Shown here piece by piece: positions 11,458 through 22,448 of a stretch of DNA of 57,758 nt. The stretch covers positions 1 to 57,758 of the forward strand of contig CAWEHK010000048.1 of assembly GCA_963808625.1 (NCBI GenBank), in the 5' to 3' direction. Both the position numbers and the translations under genes were made by a program. Position 1 is the first letter of the stretch, and every line of letters starts with the position of its first letter. Under the pieces are notes generated by a model. It searched no databases and was not told the origin of the DNA. It saw only the letters and a program-made list of their open reading frames with translations. The DNA comes from an uncultured delta proteobacterium (GTDB lineage Bacteria > Desulfobacterota > Syntrophobacteria > Syntrophobacterales > Syntrophobacteraceae).

Positions 11458-11754
11458 TCAAAAAAACTTCGCCAGGAGCTCTTCGTTTACCAGCTTCTTA
11501 TCGAATCCCTGGCCGAGGACCTTCACCTTTTTGAAATCCTCCTGGCAGAAGGGAAAGAGATAAACACTGTCGACCTTTTCATCGATCAGGCTGCGGCATT
11601 TTTCGGACAGTTCATCAAAGCGGTTGGATTCGAGCTTGCCAAGGAAAGCGCTCTTCTGGACCCGCTCAAGGCCGTATTGTTTGCAGGCCCTGGCTACCCT
11701 GCTGCGCACCTTGTCTTCCACAATATCGTAAATGATCCAGACCAGCACCGCCAC
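11458..11754 (-). CDS. cas2: Cas2
   Basis: IIYDI, ERVQKSAF, DSVYLFPFC; 98 aa; follows cas1. Confidence 0.95.
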   Translation of the reverse strand: MAVLVWIIYDIVEDKVRSRVARACKQYGLERVQKSAFLGKLESNRFDELSEKCRSLIDEKVDSVYLFPFCQEDFKKVKVLGQGFDKKLVNEELLAKFF

Positions 11755-11768
11755 CGGCGTCCTCCGCT

Positions 11769-12782
11769 TCAGAATTCCTTTATTTCAAGCCAATCGGGTC
11801 TCTTTTCACCGCACTCTGCCAGGAGGATATTTGCCAGGCGATGGCATTCATGCTGGATGATGTGACGCCGTTTGACATTTTTTCTGCGGTAGCGGACACT
11901 CTCGTCCAGATGCTTGTTCATGGCGTCCACCACGACCGGCTTCCCCTTCTGGTTGAGCGAAACGGATTCTTCCCGCGAATCGAAATAGTCATCTTTGATT
12001 TGCTTTCCCGTGAAAAGATAAACCGTGGTTTGTTCCCCATAAATGCGGAAGGGCTCGATCAGATCAAAGACCAGCGATTTCTTGTTGTAGTTATCGGTGT
12101 GGAGAAAACCCACGTAAGGATCGAGTCCCGAGAGGATGCAGGCTTTTTCAACCAGCGAGTAGAGAATCCCGTAGCAATAGTTGAGACAGGCATTGAAGGC
12201 ATCTTTTGCCGGTCTTCGCGACCGTTCCTTGAAGCGGTATTTCTCGGGCAGCACTCCGGACAGACACCGGAAGTAGGCCCTCCCCGCCGTGCCCTCCAAG
12301 CCCATGATGCGGTTCCGGATGGCTTCCAGATCAGAGCCCTCGGCAGCGAGGCTGGCTCTTGCATCCTCAATGACCTGGGTAAATGGCCCGAAGGATTCCT
12401 CCTTGTTGGGGCGGGCATACATCAGCTTCTTCAGAAAATTGATTTGGTTCGTGAGCTTCTGGGTGACGATCTCACCGACAAGCTGCAATCCGAGCGGGCC
12501 CTCTGCGGCCTCCAATTGTTTTCGCCGGACCAGGGCGGTGCTTCCCATTTTGGAAAACCAGACGCGACCAACCGGGTCTCCGTATTTGTCGAGAAAAACA
12601 ACGTCGATTTTATGCTCGAGCGCCAACACCAGGGCCTGGGTCGAGATCATGGCCTGATTCGAGATGATGATGCTTTCCACCTTCAGCGGAGAGATATCGA
12701 GAGTTCTCTCTTGCTGCTTCAAACGGAAGCATTCATCTTTCTGGGTAAGAAAGGTTCCCGGCGTGTTTACGACAAGCTGCAT
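11769..12782 (-). CDS. cas1: Cas1
   Basis: MGLEGTAGRAYF, RSRRPAKDAFNACLNYCYGIL, GLDPYVGFLH, SLVFDLIEPFR. Confidence 0.97.
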   Translation of the reverse strand: MQLVVNTPGTFLTQKDECFRLKQQERTLDISPLKVESIIISNQAMISTQALVLALEHKIDVVFLDKYGDPVGRVWFSKMGSTALVRRKQLEAAEGPLGLQLVGEIVTQKLTNQINFLKKLMYARPNKEESFGPFTQVIEDARASLAAEGSDLEAIRNRIMGLEGTAGRAYFRCLSGVLPEKYRFKERSRRPAKDAFNACLNYCYGILYSLVEKACILSGLDPYVGFLHTDNYNKKSLVFDLIEPFRIYGEQTTVYLFTGKQIKDDYFDSREESVSLNQKGKPVVVDAMNKHLDESVRYRRKNVKRRHIIQHECHRLANILLAECGEKRPDWLEIKEF

Positions 12783-13012
12783 CAGCGAACCTCTTTTCTC
12801 AAAAGTCAAAACCCGGATTAGCCGTTATGGCGCGAAGGTTAATTATCTCCATGGAACTCGTACTCCAACGTTAATCGACGTAACGGATGGGACGGATGGA
12901 GATAGTATGATAGTCTTTTACAAAATCCTTTGGCCGTTTGTCCATCGCGAAATTTTGTGTGAGAATGCAGAAATCAGCAATTTCTCAAGTCCGATAGCAA
13001 GCCCCCGGTCTC

Positions 13013-14510
13013 CTAAACCTCCAACGCCTTCCAGGCCCTTTCAATATTTTCCTCGATGGCCGGGTCTTCATGGGATAGATCGAGGGCCTCGATGACCAGC
13101 TCTTTCAGGGGATAGATGGCCGTCAGGGTGCGCTGCTGCAGTTCTGGGTCGAGGAGGCCGAGGGAGGCGAGGAAGTCCAGCCAGGCCGGGAGCAGTTCGA
13201 AGGTGACGGCGGTCTTGAGATCGTGCGACTCGAACTGGCTGAGCAGCCCTTCCAGATAAATCTCGAAGGTGGCGGCATCGGGGCAGAGGGGATGTTCAAA
13301 ACGGGGTCGCGGCTTTTTCTTCGATTTCTTTTTCGGGCGTTGCCGGGCCGCCTCGAGTGGCTCCTGCCCGGACTCCAACGCGCCATCATAGCGCAACGAC
13401 AAATAAAAAAACCATTGGATGCGGGCGAGGTGGCCCTTGGTCCAGGGTACATTGTGCGCCGTGCGCAGGTAACTCAGAAATTCGGTGCAGAGATGAAACA
13501 GCTGAAGTCTGAATGACTCCTCCCCCTGGGGTCCCCTCTTCCGGGCGCCATCGTGAGTGAAATCTTCGAGGGATCGGCGACTCCGGATCTTCCCGGAAAG
13601 GACCTGGAGATAAACCTCCAGATACTCGTGGGGGCACTTCGGAAAAATACCGCAGAGCCTCGACCAGGGTCGGGTCGTGCGCGTCCGGTTCCGGAGCGCG
13701 CTCCAGGTAGTCGAAGATCACGCAGTTGACGGCGAGGTCCTTGAGTTCGTCGATGGTATCAGCATCAATGATCCGGGATTCCTTGAGCGTCGGCCAGGCA
13801 GCACGAAGCGTCTTGAGCATCGCCGGGAGTTCGGCGTAGTAGGCCAATCTGTCAAGCATACCGGATAATACCTCGATGCGTTCTTCCGCGCGTTCTGCCA
13901 AGGCGATAGCCATCGCGGCAGCCGCTTCGGAATTTCCGGAAATCAACGCATTGGCGATGCTCCAGTCGAGATAAAATATGGCGCTCTCCTCATAGAGTTC
14001 GGGGCGGCGCGCCTGCAATGCGGCTGCGAGGGCATCGAAGCGATGCCGCTCATGGCGCTCGGCGCTGTCTTCATAGATCGTGCTGAGAGCCTCGAAAGTC
14101 AGCTCGTCATCCAGCACCCCGGGATCATCGAGCGCTTCGAGAAACAGTTCAAACCGGTCCTCATAATCGGCCTCTTCAAAATCCCTCCACCATGCACTCT
14201 CGGCAAGTTTGCCTTCGTCATAATCAGCGATATCATCACCTTCCCCACCCTCGCCAAAGTATTCATCGTCAGAGAAATCTTCCTCAAAGAAGTCTTCCTC
14301 AGAGAAGTCCTCTTCATCCACCGCCTCAAGGACGAATGGGAAATCCTCTGCCGGAGATGGGGCGGAAGGGGATTTTTCGTCGCGACTCGCCTCGGCCCGC
14401 TGTTGAGACAATCGTTCGCGTCTTTCCTCTTCGGCCTTTGCCAGGCAGCATTGTTTATATTTCTTGCCGCTGCCGCAGGGACACGGATCATTCCGACCAA
14501 CGCTTGTCAT
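13013..14510 (-). CDS. SEC-C motif-containing protein (frameshifted)
   Basis: N-terminal VGRNDPCPCGSGKKYKQCC, acidic linker, helical body continuing into ORF 13013-13402. Confidence 0.75.
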
Positions 14511-14679
14511 TGCTCTCTCCTTTGCGCTTGGCGGTCTGGAAAGACCGCCCTCCGTTGTGGTTCTCGAGGTGTTTGGGGTTTGTCAGCAAGAGCGCCCAAT
14601 GGTGGAGTCGTCTTCGGAAGGCCCCGCATTTCGCTGTCTCCGAGCCTCCCCCTCTTGCCGGCTCCGCATCTTCCGATCT

Positions 14680-17600
14680 TTAATTCTCCCTGATCAGCTT
14701 CAGCAGTTCTTCCGTGGACATTCTGCCGACCATATCGCTGCCGTCGAGGAGGCTGCTGGCCAGGTCCCGTTTTTCCTGGTGCAGTTTGACGATCTTTTCC
14801 TCGATGGTATTCCGCGCCACCAGGCGGTACACCGTGACCGGCCGATGCTGGCCGATGCGATGGGCGCGATCGGACGCCTGGTCTTCGACGGCGGGATTCC
14901 ACCAAGGGTCCATGTGGAGCACATAATCGGCGGCGGTCAGGTTCAGCCCCAGGCCGCCGGCCTTGAGGCTGATCAAGAAGAGGTCGCCCCAACCCGCCTG
15001 GAAGGCATCCACCTCGCGTTTCCGCTCGCGGGGCGGCGTGCTGCCATCGAGGTAGCGGTAGTCAAGGCCCTTGAGATCGAGGTATTCCCGAAGCAGTTTC
15101 AGATGCCCCACAAACTGGCTGAAGACCAGCGCTTTGTGATGGTTCTCGAGGAGCTCCGACACCACTTCACCGAAGAGCTCAAGCTTGGCACTGGGGAGGC
15201 TCGTCTTCGGCAGGACCAGGCGAGGATGGCAACAGGCCTGGCGCAGCTTCATGATCTCGGCAAGAATTTTCAGGTGCTTCTGGCCTACCGGGCTGTCATC
15301 GTGTTCCAGCCGCTCCAGTGCCTGCCGCCGCAAGGCTTCGTAGAACGCCGCTTCTTCGGGGCCCATTTCCACCTGGAGAACCACTTCCGTGCGCGGCGGC
15401 AGCTCCTCGAGGACCTGCGGCCTTGGTGCGCCTCAGGATGAATGGCTGGACCAGCTTCTTCAGGCGCTTCCTGGCTTCCCGATTGTTGTTGCGTTCGATC
15501 GGGACGGCATAACGCGTATTGAACCGTTCCTGGGAACCCAGCAGTCCGGGATTGATGAAATTGAAAAGGGTCCACAGCTCGCCGAGATGATTTTCGATAG
15601 GGGTGCCCGTGGTGATCAGCCGCATGTGGCCCTTGAGGTTCATGGCCGCCTGCGAGCGCTTGGCGGCGAAGTTCTTGATCGCCTGGGCTTCATCGAGGAC
15701 GATGGTGTGCCACTCGACGGAAGCCAGCAGGTCGGCTTCCTGGTAGAGGAGGCCGTAGCTGACGACCAGCACATCCATCTCTCCCAGCTTCGTCGACCAT
15801 CTGCTCCCGGTTGCCGCCCCCAAAAATATCCAGGTTCAGGGTCGGAGCAAACCGGTTCGCTTCCGCCACCCAGTTCATGCAGACGGAGGTGGGCGCCACC
15901 ACCAGGGTCGGCGCTCCCGGAGCGCGCTCCAGAATCAGCGCCAGCGCCTGCAGGGTCTTCCCCAGCCCCATATCGTCGGCGAGACACCCGCCGAGCCCCA
16001 GGTGGGCCAATCTGGCCAGCCACTGGTAACCCTCGACCTGGTAGTCACGGAGCTCGGCCTTGAGGGTTGAGGGGACGGCGGGCGTCAGTTGCAGCGCCGA
16101 GCGCATGTTCGGCGAGCCGCGCCAGCCAGCCCTGATCGGCATCCAGGCGGGGGAGCTGCGCGGTGAAATCCTCGATGGCCATGGCGGCAAGCGGGTGGAC
16201 ACGCAGTTCTTTGCCATGTCCTGTTCCGAGTAGTCGGCGAGCTCTTCCAGGCGTTTGCGCAGTTCGCGGGTGAGCGCCACGAACTGGCCCTCCCCGAGAG
16301 GCAGGAACCGGGTGCTCTCGCTCTCGATGAGCTCGAGCAGGCGCTTCATGTCGAGGACGAGATGGTCGTCCACCTGGAGCTCACCGCCGATTTCAAACCA
16401 GTCCGTCTTGCTGCGGATGCGCAAACGCAAACGATCGAACGAGACCTCTCTGGTGACTTTGAGCTTTTCCCCTTCCGGCCAGGCGAGAACGACCTCACCG
16501 CGCTCCTGCAAGGTCTTCAGCTCGAGCAACACCTGGAGGCAGCCCTGGAGATCGTCCACGCGCCATTGGCGCTCGTTTTCTTCGGCGGCGGCAAGCGTGG
16601 TGCAGGCGGCTTCCGCCGCTTCCGCCATGATTTTCTTCGCGGTTCAGATCGCGCCTGGTATGCATCAGCTTGCCATCAATTTCCGCAATCACATTTTCCA
16701 TCCCCGATCCCGGTTTGAGGTAGGGGCCATTCGTCCCAAAAGGCTGTACGAACATCTCGAAGCGGAAGCCGGACCCGGAAGGGACGATGTGCACCCGCGG
16801 CATGGCATCGGCGGTGACTTCCTGAATATCCCGGGAAATGCCACCGATAGCGGAATGCACGGTAACCTGAGAGGAGATGCCGGCCACCGCGTCCATGACT
16901 TCCCCGGCAGCGGAAGCCGGGACCTGCAAGCCCTTTGTCACCCAGGATCTTGGCAATGCGCAGGTGGTGATCGGAGAGCTCTACAACCTTGAAGCGCGTG
17001 GGCGTTTCCTGCACCAGGACCACTCGGTGAATCCTGGGCCTCCATGGAGAACTGGATGAGGATCCGGTGTCGGCGCGGGTAACCAAGACTTCCGGTTCAC
17101 CCTTGATTACCTCCACGGAGACCCCTGGCGACTTCTCGAGAAAGAGCAGGGGATGCCCGACCAGGGCCGGCAGCAGCCTGCTGGCTATTGAACCGGTACC
17201 GGGTGTCGTAGTAATAGCGTGCCTCGCGCTCGATGGCCGCGCATATGGCATGATCCTGCGGGGTGAGACAAGCCGGTTTTCGGCCTCCGAATAATCGGCT
17301 GAGCGCCACCGGCCGTCCTTTCGTCCATGTGCCCCGAACGCTCCGTTTCTGTTCCAGGGGCTGCACGGAGACAGTGCCGTGACGATAGTCCAGCAGCCAG
17401 ATCAACCTGGCATCAGTCGGCTGCAGCGGCGCCCCCTCGCGCCCCCGCTGCGATTTCGGTCAGAGCGCGCAGGCACTTTCGCCACGGTTCTTCGACCCGG
17501 ATTGCGGCCACGAAGGATGCCATGCCCGTTTCCTGGCGGATCTTTTCAATGGCGTGACGGCGCACCGGCGTTGGTCTCCTCCGCCCGGCAGAGCAGTTCC

Positions 17601-18990
17601 GCACATTCCATGGCCAGCCAGTTCAGCCCCACTTCCCGGGACTTGATGAAGAGCTCGCTCAGGGAGTCAATGTCCTCCTGCGCGAGCTGACCGTCACGCC
17701 AGTATAAGGCGAGGATGCGGAAAAACGCACTCAAACCGCTCTCCGCCCGGTCCTTGTCGCTCAGCGATGGCAGTGCTCCCGTCGCTTCGCCGTCCAGGGC
17801 CTGGACAATCGTTTTCATCGCCCGATACGATTTCGCCAGCAAGGTGTCTTCCCGGTGCCTGGCAATGGCTGCATCAAGCAAAGAGCCTATTTTCTTTGAC
17901 TCATGCATTGACCCGGGCTTCAACAGGGCGAGCATAAAAAACAAGCCTTCGAGACCCCCAAAGTAGGCAGTGCGCCTCCCATCGTTGCGGCGCAGTTTCT
18001 TCAGGTCGGCTTCAAAGGATGCAATGGCAGCGTCATTGTGGTCTCTCAGAAACCAAATCCACCCCTCCAACCCATAAAGCAGCATCGTTTCCCGGATCTC
18101 GGCCAGGAGTCCCTCGGCTTCCGTCAGATGCCCGCCGATCAGAAGTCTCGAAATAAGATGGTGGTAGAAGGCGGGGTCGTTCGCGAGGGGAATGGCTTCC
18201 CGGATTTGGGGGCTGGACGCATAAGCCAGGGCCTCGTCATCGGCATCGAGAAAGAACAGGGTATGATAGAAGATTGCGGTCAGGACATTCGCCTGCAACC
18301 CCGCCGGCAGAGCGCCAAACCAGTTGGCGTCGAAGGGATTGTTGCAGACTCGGACCAGGGGCTCCAACTGCCCGTATCTTGGGGCACAGTGGGTGTAGAG
18401 CTGCTGATACGATTTGTTGAGGAGTTTGGTATTCTGGGTGTAAAGACCGATACGCAGATCCCGCATGGCGCGCTGACAATACTTCGTCGCCGTCCCGGTG
18501 GTGTGATACGGGATCGGGGGTATTTCCTCCTGCACGGCCCGGGCCATGAGCTCAAAGCAGTTGCGCGCGGCGGGCAAGATCGCTGACCCCGGGCGTGCGG
18601 TTGGCCGCTTGGGGGAGCCCGTTTTGCCGGTTTTGGGGTCCCTTCGGGAGTCATCGGTTCGAGCTCATCCTGCGGAGCAATGACCGTATCCAGGGCGTGC
18701 CTGCTGCAGATCTCGATAATCGCTTCGTGGCATTGGAGGTGCCGGTTCAAGAGCTTGCGAGCCTGGAGCCGGTTGATGCAGGATTCGAGGTCGGCTGCCG
18801 TGGCCGGGCTGCCTTCGGGAAAGGTCAGGCCGGTGCGCCGGAAGCACTTCAGGAGGGTGGCTTCATCCGTCGGTTCACAGATCACCGAACAGAGCTGCAT
18901 GACCGCTTGATCTACGGGGGACAGGCGCTGGAAGACGGCAACCAGCTTTTCCCGGATTTGGCTTCTCTGGTCCACTGGGTTCCTCTTCAT
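14680..18990 (-). CDS. Large SNF2/SWI2-family helicase (multiple frameshifts)
   Basis: LRDYQ, LADDMGLGKT, VLDEAQAIKN, TGTPIENHL, LVFSQF, SLKAGGLGLNLT, DPWWNPAVEDQASDRAHRIGQ, with a long N-terminal region spread over several frames. Confidence 0.9.
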
Positions 18991-19067
18991 GCCAAGGATA
19001 GTCTGGAAATCAGGTTAATCGAAATAACGTTACCCGCCGCCGGGAAAAGATGCAACCTTTGAAAAGC

Positions 19068-19377
19068 AGTGGCTAGTGACTAGTGGCCACTGGCTAGCGA
19101 TTAGTGATTAGTGGCTTGTGGTTAATGGGTGGTGGATGGTGGCTGATGGCAACGCGTTGGCTTTCAGCAGTGTTCCATGAGAACTTACGGCGGCGTTCAT
19201 TACGGGCCGGACCAAATGATGTTTTGACAACCGGTATGGATGCGATAAAATCTCTGGCGGGTTTGAGTTACGTGGAGGCGTTGCCGGGCAGACCATCGGT
19301 CGCTGGTTACCAGCCACCAGCCGCTAATCACTGGCCACCAGCCACTGATCACTAGCCACTACTCACTAGTCACTAGC
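19068..19377. repeat. Inverted heptamer-repeat tracts flanking a unique core
   Basis: (TAGTGGC/TAGTGAT)n at left and (CTAGCCA/CCAGCCA)n at right; 14-bp terminal IR gctagtgactagtg (19072-19085) / cactagtcactagc (19364-19377). Confidence 0.75.
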
Positions 19378-19403
19378 TCCCAGATATAACGAGAGGATCT
19401 TTA

Positions 19404-20291
19404 ATGCGCCTAGCCATGCTTTCCCCCATTGCCTTCCCGACCGTTCGAGATCACCGGGGTCATCGCGAAAATGTAGTTTCCCTCCTCACGGAAGGTCTGG
19501 TGAGAAGAGGGGTGGAAGTTACCCTGTTTGCCACCCGGGATTCCGAGACGAAAGGAAGGCTGGTAGGCGTCTGTCCGCACGGCTACGAAGAAGACCGGAC
19601 CATTCTGCCCACGGTTTGGGAATCCCTCCATATCTCGGAGCTAATCGAGCGCAGCGAGGAATTCGATCTCATCCACAACCACCTGGACTACGTGCCGCTG
19701 ACCTATCTCAAGGTCACTTCAACGCCCATGATTACGACGATTCATGGCGCCCTGTCACCGGAAGTCCTGCCTGTTTACAGGAAATACAACGGCCTGGCGT
19801 TCTACGTTGCCACCGGTGCTGCGCAGCGGCACCCGGAGCTTGACTATATCGCCACCATCCATCAGGCTCTTGACGAGGAGGCATTCAGCGCCGACCGCAT
19901 GGTCCTGGACTACCTTCGCGTCTACGAGAAGATCCTCTCGCAGCGCCACCGCGACGACCACCGGCCGTGGGGCTATTACCTGGTGCTCGAGGAAAAACTC
20001 GATCATAAGGTCAAGAAGATTGTCGTCTACCCGGGCCAACGGCTCAGCCTTCAGCGCCACCGGCACCGGTCCGAGCACTGGTACATCATCCAGGGCCGCG
20101 CCGAGATTACCAGAAATGATGAAACGTTTATCGTGGCGTCCGGGCAGGCCATCGATATTCCCCAGGGGGCCTGGCATCGAGTCCGCAATCCCGATACGGG
20201 AAACATGGCCTTTATCGAAGTGCAGACCGGCGACTATTTCGGGGAAGACGATATCGAGCGCGCCGAGGATGATTATGGTCGGGTTCGATGA
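19404..20291 (+). CDS. GT4 N-terminal domain fused to mannose-6-phosphate isomerase (type II, cupin) domain
   Basis: VEVTLFAT, FDLIHNH, ITTIHG; then RPWG, VKKIVVYPGQRLSLQRHRHRSEHW, IEVQTGDYFGEDDIER. Confidence 0.85.
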   Translation: MRLAMLSPIAFPTVRDHRGHRENVVSLLTEGLVRRGVEVTLFATRDSETKGRLVGVCPHGYEEDRTILPTVWESLHISELIERSEEFDLIHNHLDYVPLTYLKVTSTPMITTIHGALSPEVLPVYRKYNGLAFYVATGAAQRHPELDYIATIHQALDEEAFSADRMVLDYLRVYEKILSQRHRDDHRPWGYYLVLEEKLDHKVKKIVVYPGQRLSLQRHRHRSEHWYIIQGRAEITRNDETFIVASGQAIDIPQGAWHRVRNPDTGNMAFIEVQTGDYFGEDDIERAEDDYGRVR

Positions 20292-20446
20292 GCCGGGAAG
20301 AGTGGTCAGTGGTCAGTGATCAGTGGCGGTCCAGGATTAGATCATCAACTTTCACCACGAAAGACACGAAACATCCGAAAGACCGGAGGTGATTCTTTGG
20401 TATTTTTCGTGTGTTTCGTGGTTGGAAATCGGCTCAGGATGGTTCC

Positions 20447-20728
20447 CTAAAGAGGTGTGAACTCGAACTCTTTGTCGTCCACCAGAAATACGACCTTTTC
20501 CTCCAGGTTCTCTTTCAGCTTGCCCACGATGATTCTTCTGCAGCCGGCGTCATGAAAGATAATCTGGTAGCTTCCGGCAGCATCCGGGCCTTGGGAAGCT
20601 TCGTCCTTGTCCTCCGAGCTCAGTTCCAGAATCGTCAGCTTCTGACATCTTTCCTTGGATTCGGTTGACTCGGAGCGAACGGTCACCTGATAGTTTCCGA
20701 AAAACCTGATGGGCATTTTGATCTTCAT
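20447..20728 (-). CDS. Hypothetical protein
   Basis: 93-aa ORF with normal composition and a GAGG-like RBS. Confidence 0.6.
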   Translation of the reverse strand: MKIKMPIRFFGNYQVTVRSESTESKERCQKLTILELSSEDKDEASQGPDAAGSYQIIFHDAGCRRIIVGKLKENLEEKVVFLVDDKEFEFTPL

Positions 20729-20734
20729 TTAGGC

Positions 20735-20928
20735 CTCGCAATGAAAAAAAGTGGTGAGTGAACTGGTTGATGGTTGATGGTTGATAGTTGATGATTGATA
20801 GTTGATGGTTGACGGTCAACTCGCAATGAAGAAAAGTGGTCAGTGAAGTGGTTGATAGTTGATTTGAGTTGATAGTTGATGGTTGATGGTTGACGGTCAA
20901 CTCGCAATGAAAAAAAGTGATCAGTGAA
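20735..20928. repeat. Tandem ~81-85-bp units containing GTTGAT(G/A) heptamers
   Basis: ctcgcaatgaa(a/g)aaaagtg.t(c/g)agtgaa at 20735, 20820 and 20901, separated by heptamer runs. Confidence 0.85.
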
Positions 20929-21000
20929 CGGTGGTCGGAAAGGCAGGTTGGAAAGCCTCCTGCCACCAAAAAGGCCCACTGCGGCAAGCTCGTTGCAGCA

Positions 21001-21816
21001 TCAGAATTGATCAGAGTTACTTAACATTTCTGCAAAGTCTTTGAGGGCTGTCATGTACTGCGCAAAACCCCGGAGAAAAATGTCATTGTGGTTGGCTCCC
21101 GGGATTTTGACCAGCGTTTTTTGCGGTGCGCCGCAGGCTTCATACAAAGCCTGGCCGTCGGAAAAGGGGATGATGTGATCGTATTCGGCGTGGATGATCA
21201 GGGTCGGTTTTTGATAATTCCGGATCTTGTCCACATTGCGAAAACCCGCCTCTTCTCTAAACCCCAGGCTGCGGGTATCGATGCCGAGAAGCTGGAGGAG
21301 CGGTTCCGCATAAGCAAAGCCGCTTTCCACGATGAGCCCATCGATCTCGCTCTGGTAATGGGCGGCGAGTTCAATCACCGATGCGCTTCCCAAGGATCTC
21401 CCCATGACGATGAAGGGGCCCGTGTAACCATTGTCGGTCAGCCAGCGTCTGGCAAATCCATAGATGACATGGCAGTCCTTCATCATGTCGCTGACGGTCG
21501 GCTTTCCTGTTGAGCGCCCGTACCCGCGATAATCAACGGCGAGGAAATTGATGTCCATCTGGTTGTAGACAGGCCCAAGATCATCGTAATCGGAGGCAAT
21601 CTCGCCGTTTCCATGAAAGAAAAGGACCGTGGCCGCCGTGTTCGAAGTCATGTGAAAGCGCGCCCCTATCTGCACCTCCCCGGCAACAGGGATAAGCATA
21701 TCGATGGCCGAACTCCGACCCTGTGATCCGCCCCATTCCTGTCTGGGATGAAACAGGAACATGAGGACCTCGGGCTTATCCAGAACCGCATAGTCAATTT
21801 GTGGAATATCAGTCAT
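21001..21816 (-). CDS. Alpha/beta hydrolase
   Basis: FFHGNGE, DYRGYG, GRSLG nucleophile elbow, IIHAEYD, GANHND. Confidence 0.9.
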   Translation of the reverse strand: MTDIPQIDYAVLDKPEVLMFLFHPRQEWGGSQGRSSAIDMLIPVAGEVQIGARFHMTSNTAATVLFFHGNGEIASDYDDLGPVYNQMDINFLAVDYRGYGRSTGKPTVSDMMKDCHVIYGFARRWLTDNGYTGPFIVMGRSLGSASVIELAAHYQSEIDGLIVESGFAYAEPLLQLLGIDTRSLGFREEAGFRNVDKIRNYQKPTLIIHAEYDHIIPFSDGQALYEACGAPQKTLVKIPGANHNDIFLRGFAQYMTALKDFAEMLSNSDQF

Positions 21817-21892
21817 GGCAACCTCTTGGCAGTTGGCTCTTAGCTTTTGGCTCTTAGTATGCCCCCGCATAAAATGGGTGTCCGAATGCCAC

Positions 21893-21974
21893 TCGTCATT
21901 CCCGCATGTTTCTGGCGGGAATCCAGGCTGTGCAAATTCCCTGGATTCCCGCTAAGAGCATGCGGGAATGACGA
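21893..21974. repeat. Palindromic REP-like element (CGTCATTCCCG..GGGAATCCAG..CTGGATTCCCG..GGGAATGACG family)
   Basis: Related copies at 22363-22427, 23306-23400, 35744-35815, 46556-46634, 46951-47029 and 47793-47863. Confidence 0.85.
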
Positions 21975-22448
21975 CCGGGTGGTAATGGACACTTTATTCT
22001 GCTGTGCTGTACTTAGCTCTTGGCTCTTGGCTGTTAGCTCCTGGGTGTTAGCTCCTGGGTGTTGGCTGTTCCTGTCAGGTTTTCGACCTTCGTTTTCGTT
22101 CTTGTGGTCCACGAGCCGATCACAAGATCGATATCCGAAGTTTGGTCTGCGGTCAAGGACATTCCCTTTCGGTTTTCTCTTTGCGGACGGCTGCAGGCGT
22201 GATCGGGGGCGGCACTGCCGGCGCGGCAATGAAGCCGGCGGGGAAACTCTTTGCTCCAGCGAAGGCTTCTCGCAGTGATAGGGCTTGGGGACTTGGTTGT
22301 CGTTTCATTTCTACTTATAATTATCATAGACGACACAGATGGTTGGTGCTCGACAGCTACATCGTCATACCGGCGAAAGCCGGTATCCGGGCAACTTTTC
22401 TGGATTCCGGTTTTCACCGGTATGACGTGTCAGGATCGTGGAGGAGAC

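Noticed and set aside
20735..20928. Second mini-CRISPR array
   Set aside because: The intervening segments are similar low-complexity heptamer runs, not unique spacers.
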